NCBI GenBank assembly: GCA_016867315.1
Contig: VGJV01000003.1
Location: forward strand, 27,429-91,428
Length of the DNA stretch: 64,000 bases
Reading direction: 5' to 3'
DNA from: Candidatus Liptonbacteria bacterium
GTDB taxonomy: Bacteria > Patescibacteriota > Minisyncoccia > UBA6257 > 2-01-FULL-56-20
Made by a program: the position numbers and the translations under genes. Shown in pieces: positions 39,767 through 49,405 of this stretch. Below the pieces are notes generated by a model. That model was not told the DNA's origin. It ran no database searches and worked only from the letters and a program-made list of their open reading frames with translations. The first letter of the stretch is position 1, and each line of letters starts with the position of its first letter.

Positions 39767-40285
39767 CTAGTGGTGTCCTCCTCCATGCCCGAGTTGGATC
39801 TCAGACTTCACGGCAGGATACACAATGTGGTGCACAAATAATCCAAGCGCTACTCCAAGCACTACGGAAAGAAGAAACTCGTTATAAGTTCGGATAAAGA
39901 AATAGTGGAAGGTTGCATAAAACACCAAGAAGCTCGCGCTAAAAATACTCCAACCCTTGAGTCGCGGGGGAATTACTTTTTTACCCCCGGAGAAGAGGAG
40001 AAAGGTGAGTATAGCGCCGGAGAACGCAAGCCAAAGGTCGAAGCCCCGGTAAATATCTCCGGCGGGAAATGCAGTTTTGAAAAAGCCGCTTACCTGATAA
40101 ATAAGTACGATAATGAAAAGGAAAAAACCTGCCCAAAACCCTCCTCGACTCGAAGCGCTCGCCCGTTTATCCGCAGTTTCAGCAGTGTGTTTATACACCT
40201 CCCATAGCGCCATTCCGAGGAGTGTAGGCACCAACCCCCAAATCACGAGATCAAATATGAACTTGAGCATCCCTTCCATGGCCAT
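39767..40285 (-). CDS. hypothetical membrane protein
   Basis: 172 aa, about five TM segments, His-rich tail. Confidence 0.7.
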   Translation of the reverse strand: MAMEGMLKFIFDLVIWGLVPTLLGMALWEVYKHTAETADKRASASSRGGFWAGFFLFIIVLIYQVSGFFKTAFPAGDIYRGFDLWLAFSGAILTFLLFSGGKKVIPPRLKGWSIFSASFLVFYATFHYFFIRTYNEFLLSVVLGVALGLFVHHIVYPAVKSEIQLGHGGGHH

Positions 40286-40385
40286 TATTTAATCACGTAG
40301 AGCTCGAATCCGCAATACACATGGGAATCCTGTACGAATCAGAAATAAACCTTTAGAGTAAATATAATCTCACCGCGATTCATAC

Positions 40386-40559
40386 ATGAATCCAGAAACT
40401 CGTCAGTGCCAAAATTGTCCCGTAAAATCGCGAGCGAAAAGCGAGCTTATTTTACGCGATCCCGTGATTTTTCGCGAAAGCGAAGAATTCTACGAGACAA
40501 AAGAGCTCGCGACCACGGCGTATAGCCGCGTGGCGGCCACGCCGCTTTACGCGGGATAA
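40386..40559 (+). pseudogene. N-terminal remnant of a Cys-rich paralog (MNPETRQCQNC) interrupted by nested palindromes
   Basis: Matches the start of 61104 (MNPETKNCQAC); insertion ~40419-40557 with cccgt...gggat ends. Confidence 0.6.
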
Positions 40560-40565
40560 ACAAAC

Positions 40566-42320
40566 ATGAAAAATGAAGTGAGAAATTGTCAGAATTGTAA
40601 GTCTGATTTCACGATCGAAACGGAAGACTTCAACTTTTATCAGAAAATGCAGGTTCCGCCGCCCACATGGTGCCCAGATTGTCGGCTGGAGCGACGATTG
40701 GCATGGCGGAACGAAAGGGTGCTTTTTAGAAGAACGGACAGCATAACCGGCAAAACACTGCTCGCAGGGTTCCCGCAAGATGTGCCGTTTCCTATCTACG
40801 AACGAAACTATTGGTGGTCAGACGAGTGGGATCCGTTGCAATACGGAAGAGATTTCGATCCCTCAAGACCCTTCCTCGAACAACTGAAAGAACTAATGCA
40901 CACGGTGCCCTGGCCGAGCCGCAGTGTGATGTTCGAGACAAATTCGGAATATACGGATCAAGCCGGACATCTCAAAAATTGCTATCTTTGCTTCAACGCC
41001 GATTACTGCGAGAATTGTCTATATCTGGTCCGAGCGAATACCACCAAAGACACGCTGGATTCGCTGCAAGTTCAAAACTCCGAGCTTTGCTACGATTCGG
41101 TGCTCATCAACAAAAGTTTCCGCATGTTTTATTCATTCGACTGCGATGGCTCGAGTGATATGCATTTCTCAAAGCAGTGCGTGGGCTGTAATCACTGCTT
41201 CGGCTGCGTAGGGCTCCGAAAGAAAAGTTATCACATCTGGAATCAGCCTTATTCGAAGGAGGAATACGAAAAGAAATTGAAAGAAATGAACTTGGGCTCC
41301 CGCGCCTCGATCGAGGCCCTCAAAGCCGAAGCGCGTCGCTTTTGGCTCAAGTTCCCGTGCAAATACTACCGCGGGATTCGAAATATAGATTCGAGCGGAG
41401 ATATGCTTATCGATACAAAGAATGCCAAACAGTGTTACTGGGTAACGAATGCAAAAGACGTGCGCTACTGCCAAGATTTATACATCCAATCTGAAGACTG
41501 TTATGACTACACAGTCTGGGCAAATCATGGTACGCGGATTTATGAATGTCTCACCTGCGGCGAGGAAGTGCAGAACCTGAAATTTTGCTTCGATTGTTGG
41601 CCTGCCTGCCGAGATCTCGAATATTCCGTAGGCTGCCATTCGACTTCGGATTGCTTCGGCTGTGTCGGTTTGAAGAAAAAGCAATATTGCATACTGAATA
41701 AACAATATTCCAAAGAAGAATACGAAAAAATTCGCGAGCAGATTATCGCGCAGATGAAAGAAATTCCTTATGTGAATGAGAAGGGAATCGAATATAGGTA
41801 CGGAGAATTCTTGCCGACTGAATTTTCTCCTTTTGCGTATAACGAGACAATGCTTCTCGATGCGTTCCCACTCACTAAGGAAGAGGCGATAAAGAAGGGA
41901 TATCGCTGGCGGGATCCCGATCGCAAAGAGTATCAAACGACCCTTAAAGCTGCGGAGCTGCCGGATGCTATCAATGAAACAAAAGAAGAGATTACAAAGG
42001 AAATCCTCGAATGTGCAAAGTGCAAAAAAGCCTATCGAATTGTGGCGCCTGAACTCGCATTTCATAAGCGGCTCGAAATCCCATTGTCTGATATATGCCA
42101 AGATTGCAGGCATGCGGAACGGTTCACATTATTGAATTCTCCTCGATATTTCTCCAGGGCTTGCATGTGCGCCGGAGAAGCAGATGCCACGGGAGTGTAT
42201 AAAAATACCGCGACGCACTCACATGCAGGGCAGTGTCCCAGCAAATTTGAAACCGCGTATACTCCCGACCGCCCCGAGATTATCTATTGCGAAGAGTGTT
42301 ATCAAAAAGAAACCACTTAA
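40566..42320 (+). CDS. Cys-rich zinc-ribbon/solenoid protein, paralog 1
   Basis: Family framework CxxC..VPPPTWCPDCR..WRNER, CFGCVGL, ILNKQYSKEEY, YGEF, YNE, YCEECY. Confidence 0.9.
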   Translation: MKNEVRNCQNCKSDFTIETEDFNFYQKMQVPPPTWCPDCRLERRLAWRNERVLFRRTDSITGKTLLAGFPQDVPFPIYERNYWWSDEWDPLQYGRDFDPSRPFLEQLKELMHTVPWPSRSVMFETNSEYTDQAGHLKNCYLCFNADYCENCLYLVRANTTKDTLDSLQVQNSELCYDSVLINKSFRMFYSFDCDGSSDMHFSKQCVGCNHCFGCVGLRKKSYHIWNQPYSKEEYEKKLKEMNLGSRASIEALKAEARRFWLKFPCKYYRGIRNIDSSGDMLIDTKNAKQCYWVTNAKDVRYCQDLYIQSEDCYDYTVWANHGTRIYECLTCGEEVQNLKFCFDCWPACRDLEYSVGCHSTSDCFGCVGLKKKQYCILNKQYSKEEYEKIREQIIAQMKEIPYVNEKGIEYRYGEFLPTEFSPFAYNETMLLDAFPLTKEEAIKKGYRWRDPDRKEYQTTLKAAELPDAINETKEEITKEILECAKCKKAYRIVAPELAFHKRLEIPLSDICQDCRHAERFTLLNSPRYFSRACMCAGEADATGVYKNTATHSHAGQCPSKFETAYTPDRPEIIYCEECYQKETT

Positions 42321-42321
42321 A

Positions 42322-44039
42322 ATGCAGAATATGAACTGCAAACACTGCAAAAAAGATTTTGCAGTCACTGCAGATGATCTACGGTGGTATGAAAAATTCG
42401 GAGTATGTATCCCAAAGCTTTGCCCACAGTGTCGGGCGCAGCGGCGGTTAGTCTTTCGAAACGAACGAAGCTTCTACAAGCGTCCCTGCGATAAGTGCAA
42501 AAAGGACGTGGTTTCGATGTATAGCCCCAACAAACCGTATACCGTGTACTGCCACGATTGTTGGTTTAGGGATGACTGGAATCCGCTTGATTTCGGTAGA
42601 GATTATGACTCCTCGCGGCCCTTTTTCGACCAGTTCAAAGAATTATGGGAAAAGGTGCCAAAAATTTCGCTTATCCATGTCCGGAGCGTGAATTCGGAAT
42701 ATCTGAATATCTGCGCCGATAATAAAAACTGCTACATGATTGTGGAATCTTCTAATAATGAAGATTCTATTCATTGCTATTGGATTCAAAAAACAAGGAA
42801 TTGTGTGGACACTTCTTTTTCCCATGAGTGCGAGCGCTGTTACGAATCGGACGACATTTACAATTGTTATCAAACACACTACAGCAAGGGGTGCCACGAC
42901 TGCCGGGATAGTTATTTTCTGTTCGATTGCAGAAATTGTTCTAATTGCATTGGCTGCGTGAATCTGCGCAACAAACAATATTGCGTGTTTAATGAACAAC
43001 TCTCCAAAGAGGAGTATCAAAAAATTTTGAAGGAAGCTCGACTCGACACTGCATCGGGCATAGAAAAATTGCGTGGCCAATTTGAAGAGTTTAAGAAAAA
43101 ACAGCCTCGCAAATTTGCGGAAGCGGTAAATGTAGTGAATTGCTCGGGGAATTATTTGAAGGATGCGAAAAACTGCAGCGACTGCTTCCATACATATGAA
43201 GCCGAAGACTGTAAATATGCGGTACACGCCTGGCGTGATGCGAAAGACTGCGTGGATACGGACACCACGGGCAGAGGAGTGCAGATGGTCTATAACTCGC
43301 ATAACACTGGCATCAATGCCTCGAATTGTATTTGCTGTGCGCTCTGCTGGGGAAACAACTTTCTTACTTACTGCGCGTATTGTTATGACTCACAAGACTG
43401 CTTTGCCTCCACCGGCCTCCGTAAAAAACAGCACTGCATTTTGAATAAACAATATTCCAAAGAAGACTACGAAAAACTCAAAACTCAAATTATTGCAGAT
43501 ATGAAACGCGAGGGCATATATGGGGAATATTTCCCGCCCTCCTTAAGCACGTTTGGATACAATGAGGCCTGTGTGCTCGAGCAAATACCGCTTATGAAAG
43601 AAGAAGCGCTCTCACAAGGTTTCAAATGGGAAGACCACCCTCGTGGCGCGTTCGGGAAAGAAACGGCAGGTTGGGAAAAAATTCCGGATTCTATCCTCGA
43701 GCTTCAATGCGATGCCTCCAAAGAAATTTTTGCATGTACTGCGTGTAGAAAAAATTATCGAATTATCTCTGACGAGCTTACGTTCTATAAATCGTTGGAA
43801 ATTCCCTCGCCGCGATTGTGTCCCGATTGCCGGCACGTGCGTCGCTTTACCGCGCGGGGTCCCAATCATGTAAAGGAAAAAAAATGTAGCTGCGAAGGTA
43901 TTAGAGCAGGGGGTTATCTGAATACTGCCAACACTTTCACGGAGAACATCCATGTCCTAACCGCTTTAAAACTGCCCATTATGAGGATTCCAATGCAATC
44001 CTTTACTGCGAAGAGTGTTATAACTCCGAAGTAGCATAG
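42322..44039 (+). CDS. Cys-rich zinc-ribbon/solenoid protein, paralog 2, with a 1-nt frameshift at ~43931
   Basis: Family framework; conserved C-terminus HFHGEHPCPNRF...YCEECYNSEVA lies in the shifted frame ending TAG 44039. Confidence 0.85.
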
Positions 44040-44118
44040 CCCTTCCCAAAACGTAAAACCTGTGGTAATGTAAAGACAGAAACCGTTCCTTTTAAAGGCC
44101 GAAAAACCATACTATCAA

Positions 44119-44427
44119 ATGGTTATTATCTATACTACGTGTAAGGATACGGCCGAAGCGACAAAGATCGGCAAGGTGATTTTGGACAGCAAATTGGCCT
44201 CTTGCGTGAACATCTGGCCCATCCAGAGCATGTTTCATTGGGAGGGAAAACTCGCTAATCAGCTCGAAGCCGGAATGCTGGTAAAAACCGTAGAACATCA
44301 CACTGCCGAGATCGAAGAATTGATCACGAAAAACCATTCCTATTCCGTACCTTTTATTGGCGTGATGCAGGTGCATCGCCATAATAGAGCGTACCGTGAA
44401 TGGATGAGTTCGGTGGTCAAACCATAA
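44119..44427 (+). CDS. cutA: divalent-cation tolerance protein CutA
   Basis: KLASCVNI, FHWEG, HSYSVP, YREW. Confidence 0.9.
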   Translation: MVIIYTTCKDTAEATKIGKVILDSKLASCVNIWPIQSMFHWEGKLANQLEAGMLVKTVEHHTAEIEELITKNHSYSVPFIGVMQVHRHNRAYREWMSSVVKP

Positions 44428-44435
44428 TTTTTCAA

Positions 44436-45920
44436 ATGAAGCTCGAGCTTATAAAAAAGCTCCCCACCGAAGGAGCAATAGTGTTTGTGATAAAAGAAGG
44501 AGTCTCTCTAAAGACACATCCATTTTTGAAGTTTCTCGGAGAGGAGGACAAAAAATATATCGAAACCGTCACGAATGCATCAGGTGCAAGTGGAATTTCT
44601 AATAAATTCTTGATTCTTCCCTCGGGAAGAAAAACTTTAATTATAAGTGTTCCTGCAAAAGATAAATTTACCGGCCGCAAAGCGATTCTCTCCGCCCGGC
44701 GGGTGATCGTGGCCGCTCGAAGTGAAAAACTGGCACAGATTGTCGTATTGCTCGAAGACTTTCAAGCCCGAACATCCCCGCAAGAAACCGCGACGATGCT
44801 TGGTACTCAACTGGAGATCGCCAATTTTGAATTTGTAGCATATAAAACTGCCCCTAAGGAAGGATGGAATTTTGTAGAAGAAGTCGGAGTATTCTCAAAG
44901 TACAGCCTAGAATCCTTACGCAAAGCGCTCGAAGCGGGAAAGGTAGTTGGAGAAGAAGTAAATGCGGCGCGAGTCCTCTCAAATACTCCTGGGGGAGATA
45001 TGACTCCTGCTGGCCTCGCTGAAGCAGCGCTCCAAGCCGGTAAAAAATCCGGGTTTAAAGTGACAATTTTGGATGAAAAAGAAATTACCAAACTCGGCAT
45101 GGGCGGCGTCTTGGGAGTCTCTAAAGGTTCCGTGGAAAAACCCCGCTTCATCGTCATAGAATACCTTCGCGGCAAAAAATCCGAAAAGCCGGTAGTGATA
45201 GTGGGAAAAGGAGTTACTTTCGATACTGGAGGATTGAACCTAAAACCCACGCAAGCGATCTATGAAATGCATATGGATATGTCCGGTGGAGCCGCCACAA
45301 TCCATATTCTCGGAGCACTCGCCCGGCTCAATGTAAAGAAAAACGTGATTGGGTTGGTACCTGCAGTAGAAAACATGCCCTCCGGTTCAAGTTTCCGCCC
45401 CGGAGACCTCTTAAAATCCATGTCGGGCAAAACCATTGAGGTAACGAATACTGATGCGGAAGGCCGAGTGATCCTCGCGGATGCCTTGGAATATGCCAAG
45501 CGTTACAATCCTCGTTTAGTAGTAGACATAGCTACGCTCACGGGCGCTGCGCTCGTAGCGCTGGGTCAACGAGCTTCTGCCATATTTTCGACCAGTGCTC
45601 CGGTAGAGCGTTCTCTTCGCGCAATTGGAGAAGAAACTGGAGATTTCGTCTGGCCGCTGCCCTTGTGGGAAGAATACGAAGAAGATATTAAAGGAATGTT
45701 CGGAGATTTTGCGAACTCCGGCAAGAGCCGCTGGGGAGGCGCGATTGAAGGCGCCGTATTCCTTCGCCAATTTATTCGCGACAAAGAAGGGAATGATGCA
45801 TATCCGTGGGTGCACCTCGATATTGCTCCCCGTATGACCTCGGTAGACGGAGAATTTCTGGCCAAGGGCGCCGCGGCTCCTTCCGTCGCCCTCCTCACGC
45901 AATTTTTGCGTGAATACTAA
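44436..45920 (+). CDS. pepA: leucyl aminopeptidase (M17)
   Basis: VGKGVTFDTGG, DMSG, NTDAEGR, ATLTGA, HLDIA. Confidence 0.95.
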   Translation: MKLELIKKLPTEGAIVFVIKEGVSLKTHPFLKFLGEEDKKYIETVTNASGASGISNKFLILPSGRKTLIISVPAKDKFTGRKAILSARRVIVAARSEKLAQIVVLLEDFQARTSPQETATMLGTQLEIANFEFVAYKTAPKEGWNFVEEVGVFSKYSLESLRKALEAGKVVGEEVNAARVLSNTPGGDMTPAGLAEAALQAGKKSGFKVTILDEKEITKLGMGGVLGVSKGSVEKPRFIVIEYLRGKKSEKPVVIVGKGVTFDTGGLNLKPTQAIYEMHMDMSGGAATIHILGALARLNVKKNVIGLVPAVENMPSGSSFRPGDLLKSMSGKTIEVTNTDAEGRVILADALEYAKRYNPRLVVDIATLTGAALVALGQRASAIFSTSAPVERSLRAIGEETGDFVWPLPLWEEYEEDIKGMFGDFANSGKSRWGGAIEGAVFLRQFIRDKEGNDAYPWVHLDIAPRMTSVDGEFLAKGAAAPSVALLTQFLREY

Positions 45921-45941
45921 AATTAGGCTATTCTTAAAGGA

Positions 45942-47609
45942 ATGAGCTCGACTCGTTCCTGCAGGCAATGCAGGAACGCATTCTCTGTGGATGCTTCAGA
46001 CCTCTCATTTTATGAAAAAATGGGAGTTCCCGTGCCGGCACTCTGCCCCGAGTGCCGATTTCGACGTCGTGCCGGGTTTCGAAATGAACGCACGCTCTAC
46101 AAGCAAAACTGCAAACTTTGCGCCAAGTCGGTAATCACCATGTACAACCCAAAATCACCGCTTGTTGTGTACTGTAATGACTGCTGGGCTTCAGATAAAT
46201 GGGATCCGAGCGCATATGCGATGGAGTATGATCCTTCCCGCCCTTTCTTCGATCAGTTAAAAGAACTCTCTCAAAAAGTTCCTAAATCCGGAACGTATTC
46301 GAGTGCATGGGCAGGTCCGAATGTAAGAAGTGAATACACTAACTTCGCGGGGAGTAATAAAGACTGTTATCTTTGCTTTAATTCAGGCCCGGAAAATGAA
46401 AATTGCGCCTATTCCAGAGGCATCATGCGTTCGCGGGATACATTCGATACCTACTACGGTTATGAAACCGAAAGGGGATATGAGGGAATAAATATGCAAA
46501 AAAGCTCAGGTGTTGCCTGGGGACAAAATATCCTCGAATGTCTCGATTCCTGGTTTCTTTTGAACTGTGCGAGCGTCCAAAATTGCTTTGGATGTGTGAA
46601 TCTGCGTCATAAATCGAATGCCTTCCTAAATGAGCCTCTTGAAAAAGAAGAGTGGAAACGAAAAATTTTAGAAATTACCGGTAGCTATCAAAGAATTGAA
46701 GAATTTAAAAAACAATTTCAGGAACATGCACTCAAATTTCCGCGGCGAGAAAATAATAATTTGAAATCAGTTGATTGCACGGGGGATTACATATTCGAAT
46801 CCAAAAACTGTCATGACTCATTTGAGGTGGGTAATGGAGAAAATTTGAAATATGTGTTCTCTGTAAAGTTCACCAAAGACAGTTATGACTTAATTGGACA
46901 CGGGCGGAATTCTGAACTGCTGCTTGAGGGAGTGGGAGCCGGAGCAAGTCAGCGCATCATAGCCGGTTGGTGGATAGAAAATGCCCATGATGTGGAATAT
47001 TCTTTTGCGACGCGCGCGAGCGAATATTGTTTCGGCTGCGACGGAATAAAAGGAGGGAAGTATCGGATATTAAATAAGCAGTATTCAGAGGAAGAATATA
47101 AGAAACTTCGCGCGCATATTATAGAAGAATTGAAAAACATCGGAGAATATGGGCTCTTTTTTCCGCCCTCGCTCTCGTTTTTCGCATATAACGAAACCAT
47201 CGGACAGGACAATCTGCCGCTCTCCAAAGAAGAAGCTATCCGACAAGGCTTCCGCTGGGAGGAAAATCTTCCCGCCACGAAGGGTCAGGAAACACTAAAA
47301 GCGGAACAACTCCCGGATCACATTAAGGATGTGCAGGATTCGATTTTGAGCGAAATTCTCGCTTGTATTTCCTGCGGTCGGAATTATCGGCTTATCAAGC
47401 CGGAGCTAGAAGCATATCGACGAGCACTAATTCCCATTCCAAGAAAGTGCTTCAATTGTCGGCACCTAGATAGACTGACTCGCCGGGGCCCGTTTAAATT
47501 ATTCGACCGCACCTGCGCAAAGTGTAATAAAGCAATCCGAACCAACTACGCTCCAGAACGACCCGAAATTGTGTATTGCGAGACTTGTTACCAAAATGAA
47601 GTTATATAG
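45942..47609 (+). CDS. Cys-rich zinc-ribbon/solenoid protein, paralog 3
   Basis: Family framework with CxxC-x17-CxxC modules near both ends. Confidence 0.9.
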   Translation: MSSTRSCRQCRNAFSVDASDLSFYEKMGVPVPALCPECRFRRRAGFRNERTLYKQNCKLCAKSVITMYNPKSPLVVYCNDCWASDKWDPSAYAMEYDPSRPFFDQLKELSQKVPKSGTYSSAWAGPNVRSEYTNFAGSNKDCYLCFNSGPENENCAYSRGIMRSRDTFDTYYGYETERGYEGINMQKSSGVAWGQNILECLDSWFLLNCASVQNCFGCVNLRHKSNAFLNEPLEKEEWKRKILEITGSYQRIEEFKKQFQEHALKFPRRENNNLKSVDCTGDYIFESKNCHDSFEVGNGENLKYVFSVKFTKDSYDLIGHGRNSELLLEGVGAGASQRIIAGWWIENAHDVEYSFATRASEYCFGCDGIKGGKYRILNKQYSEEEYKKLRAHIIEELKNIGEYGLFFPPSLSFFAYNETIGQDNLPLSKEEAIRQGFRWEENLPATKGQETLKAEQLPDHIKDVQDSILSEILACISCGRNYRLIKPELEAYRRALIPIPRKCFNCRHLDRLTRRGPFKLFDRTCAKCNKAIRTNYAPERPEIVYCETCYQNEVI

Positions 47610-47622
47610 AGACCGAATAAGT

Positions 47623-47657
47623 CGAAGTCCCGCCATAGCTTTAGCGAAGGAGGATGA
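47623..47657. repeat. 35-bp REP-like repeat, copy 1
   Basis: cgaagtcccgccatagctttagcgaaggaggatga; one mismatch to 53318-53352. Confidence 0.8.
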
Positions 47658-47681
47658 AAGCTGCTACCAGCAGGAAGTGGT

Positions 47682-49361
47682 ATGGGACAGAAAATAGAAA
47701 TGAATGCTGAGATAAGAAATTGCAGAAGCTGCAAGCAAGACTTCACGATTGAACCGGACGATTTCACGTTTTATTCAAAAGTTGGAGTGCCCGCGCCGCA
47801 CGATTGTCCGGTGTGTCGTCAGCGTCGGAGGATGATTTTTCGAAATTTCAAGACGCTCTACAAGCGAAACTCCGATCGTTCTTCAAAGCCGATGATCTCG
47901 ATGTATGCTCCGCACGCATCATACAAGGTTTTCACCCACGATGAATGGTGGGCGGACAATTGGGATGCTCGGCAATATGGCCGAGACTTTGATTTTTCGA
48001 GACCATTTTTTGATCAATTTAAAGAACTTCTCCTTGCGGTGCCAAAGATGAATTTGGTAAGTGTTCAAAGTGAAAATTGTGAATACTCTAATTTTGCGTG
48101 GAAGAGCAAAAGCTGCTATCTCGTCTTCGGCTGCGTAGATAACGACACGTGCGCATACGGTCACATTGTTTGGGAATCGAAAGATTCTGTAGATAATCTC
48201 TATCTTTATAAATCTGAGCTTTGTTTTGAATGTGTGGATTGTTTATGGAGCTACGGCTTACTCTGGTCTCAAGAATGCGAGAGTTGCAGCGAGAGTATTG
48301 GGCTTTTCGACTGCCGGAGCTGTACCAACTGCATAGGTTGCGTAGGTCTAAAACAAAAGTCCTACCACATATTCAATCAGCCGGTAAGTAAAGAAGAATA
48401 TGTAAAGTTTTTAGCCGAGCATCCGCTTACCGATCCAAAAACACTTCCATATATTCTGGAAAAACAGCGTGAATTGAGGCGTCAAATACCTCAACGTCAT
48501 TTTTTTGGCTCACATAATAATGCGGTATCAGGAAATCACATATACCATGCAAAAAATGTGCGCTATTCCTTCGACGTAAAGGGAGGAGAAAACTCTAAAT
48601 TTGCATATACGACCCGCAAAGTAGTAGATGGCTATGATGTCGCGTTCTCACCAGACATAGAACTCGCATATCAAGCGCTCACCTCGCGCGGGAACGGGAT
48701 CTACTTCGCGCATATGAATTACGAATGCAGTGATATCTATTATTCGGATAGCTGCCAAAATGTGCATAACGCGTTTGGCTGCGCGGGGCTCAAGGGCGGA
48801 GAATATTTGATTTTGAATAAACAGTATTCAAAAGAAGAATACGAAACACTAGAAGAGAAGATCGTCGAGCATATGAAGAAAACAGGGGAGTGGGGAGAGT
48901 TCTTCCCGGCGACTCTTTCACCGTTCGCATATAACGAGTCCATCGCGCAGGAATATTTTCCACTAAGAAAGGAAGAAGTCCTCGCGTCGGGCTTTCGGTG
49001 GGAAGAAAATATTCCCCGCACTTCCGGACAGGAAACCATCTCTCATGATGCGCTTCCGAAAAATCCTGCCGAATTCGACGCAGATTCACTTTTAAAACAG
49101 GTTTTGAAGTGTGACAGTTGTGGTTACAATTTCCGTTTCACCGCCCAAGAAATTCCATTTTATAAACGATTAAATCTCCCCTTGCCCCGCAATTGTTTTA
49201 ACTGCCGTCACGAACGTCGCATGAAACAGCGAAATATACGTAAGCTATGGGATGGAAGCTGCGCGAAGTGCAATACAAAGTTTCAAACCTCCTACTCTCC
49301 GGAGCAGCAAAAGGAATTTAAAGTTTACTGCGACTCCTGCTATCTTCAAGAAATGGGTTAG
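47682..49361 (+). CDS. Cys-rich zinc-ribbon/solenoid protein, paralog 4
   Basis: Family framework; start may be 47700. Confidence 0.9.
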   Translation: MGQKIEMNAEIRNCRSCKQDFTIEPDDFTFYSKVGVPAPHDCPVCRQRRRMIFRNFKTLYKRNSDRSSKPMISMYAPHASYKVFTHDEWWADNWDARQYGRDFDFSRPFFDQFKELLLAVPKMNLVSVQSENCEYSNFAWKSKSCYLVFGCVDNDTCAYGHIVWESKDSVDNLYLYKSELCFECVDCLWSYGLLWSQECESCSESIGLFDCRSCTNCIGCVGLKQKSYHIFNQPVSKEEYVKFLAEHPLTDPKTLPYILEKQRELRRQIPQRHFFGSHNNAVSGNHIYHAKNVRYSFDVKGGENSKFAYTTRKVVDGYDVAFSPDIELAYQALTSRGNGIYFAHMNYECSDIYYSDSCQNVHNAFGCAGLKGGEYLILNKQYSKEEYETLEEKIVEHMKKTGEWGEFFPATLSPFAYNESIAQEYFPLRKEEVLASGFRWEENIPRTSGQETISHDALPKNPAEFDADSLLKQVLKCDSCGYNFRFTAQEIPFYKRLNLPLPRNCFNCRHERRMKQRNIRKLWDGSCAKCNTKFQTSYSPEQQKEFKVYCDSCYLQEMG

Positions 49362-49405
49362 AAGCAGTAACTCATCTACTAAGTATGCGATCGCTTAAGT
49401 AGTAG

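Noticed and set aside
42184-42321. N-terminal extensions in the ORF track (also 889, 15744, 24836, 44400, 56075)
   Set aside because: They overlap upstream genes, hairpins or repeat DNA; downstream ATGs match family starts
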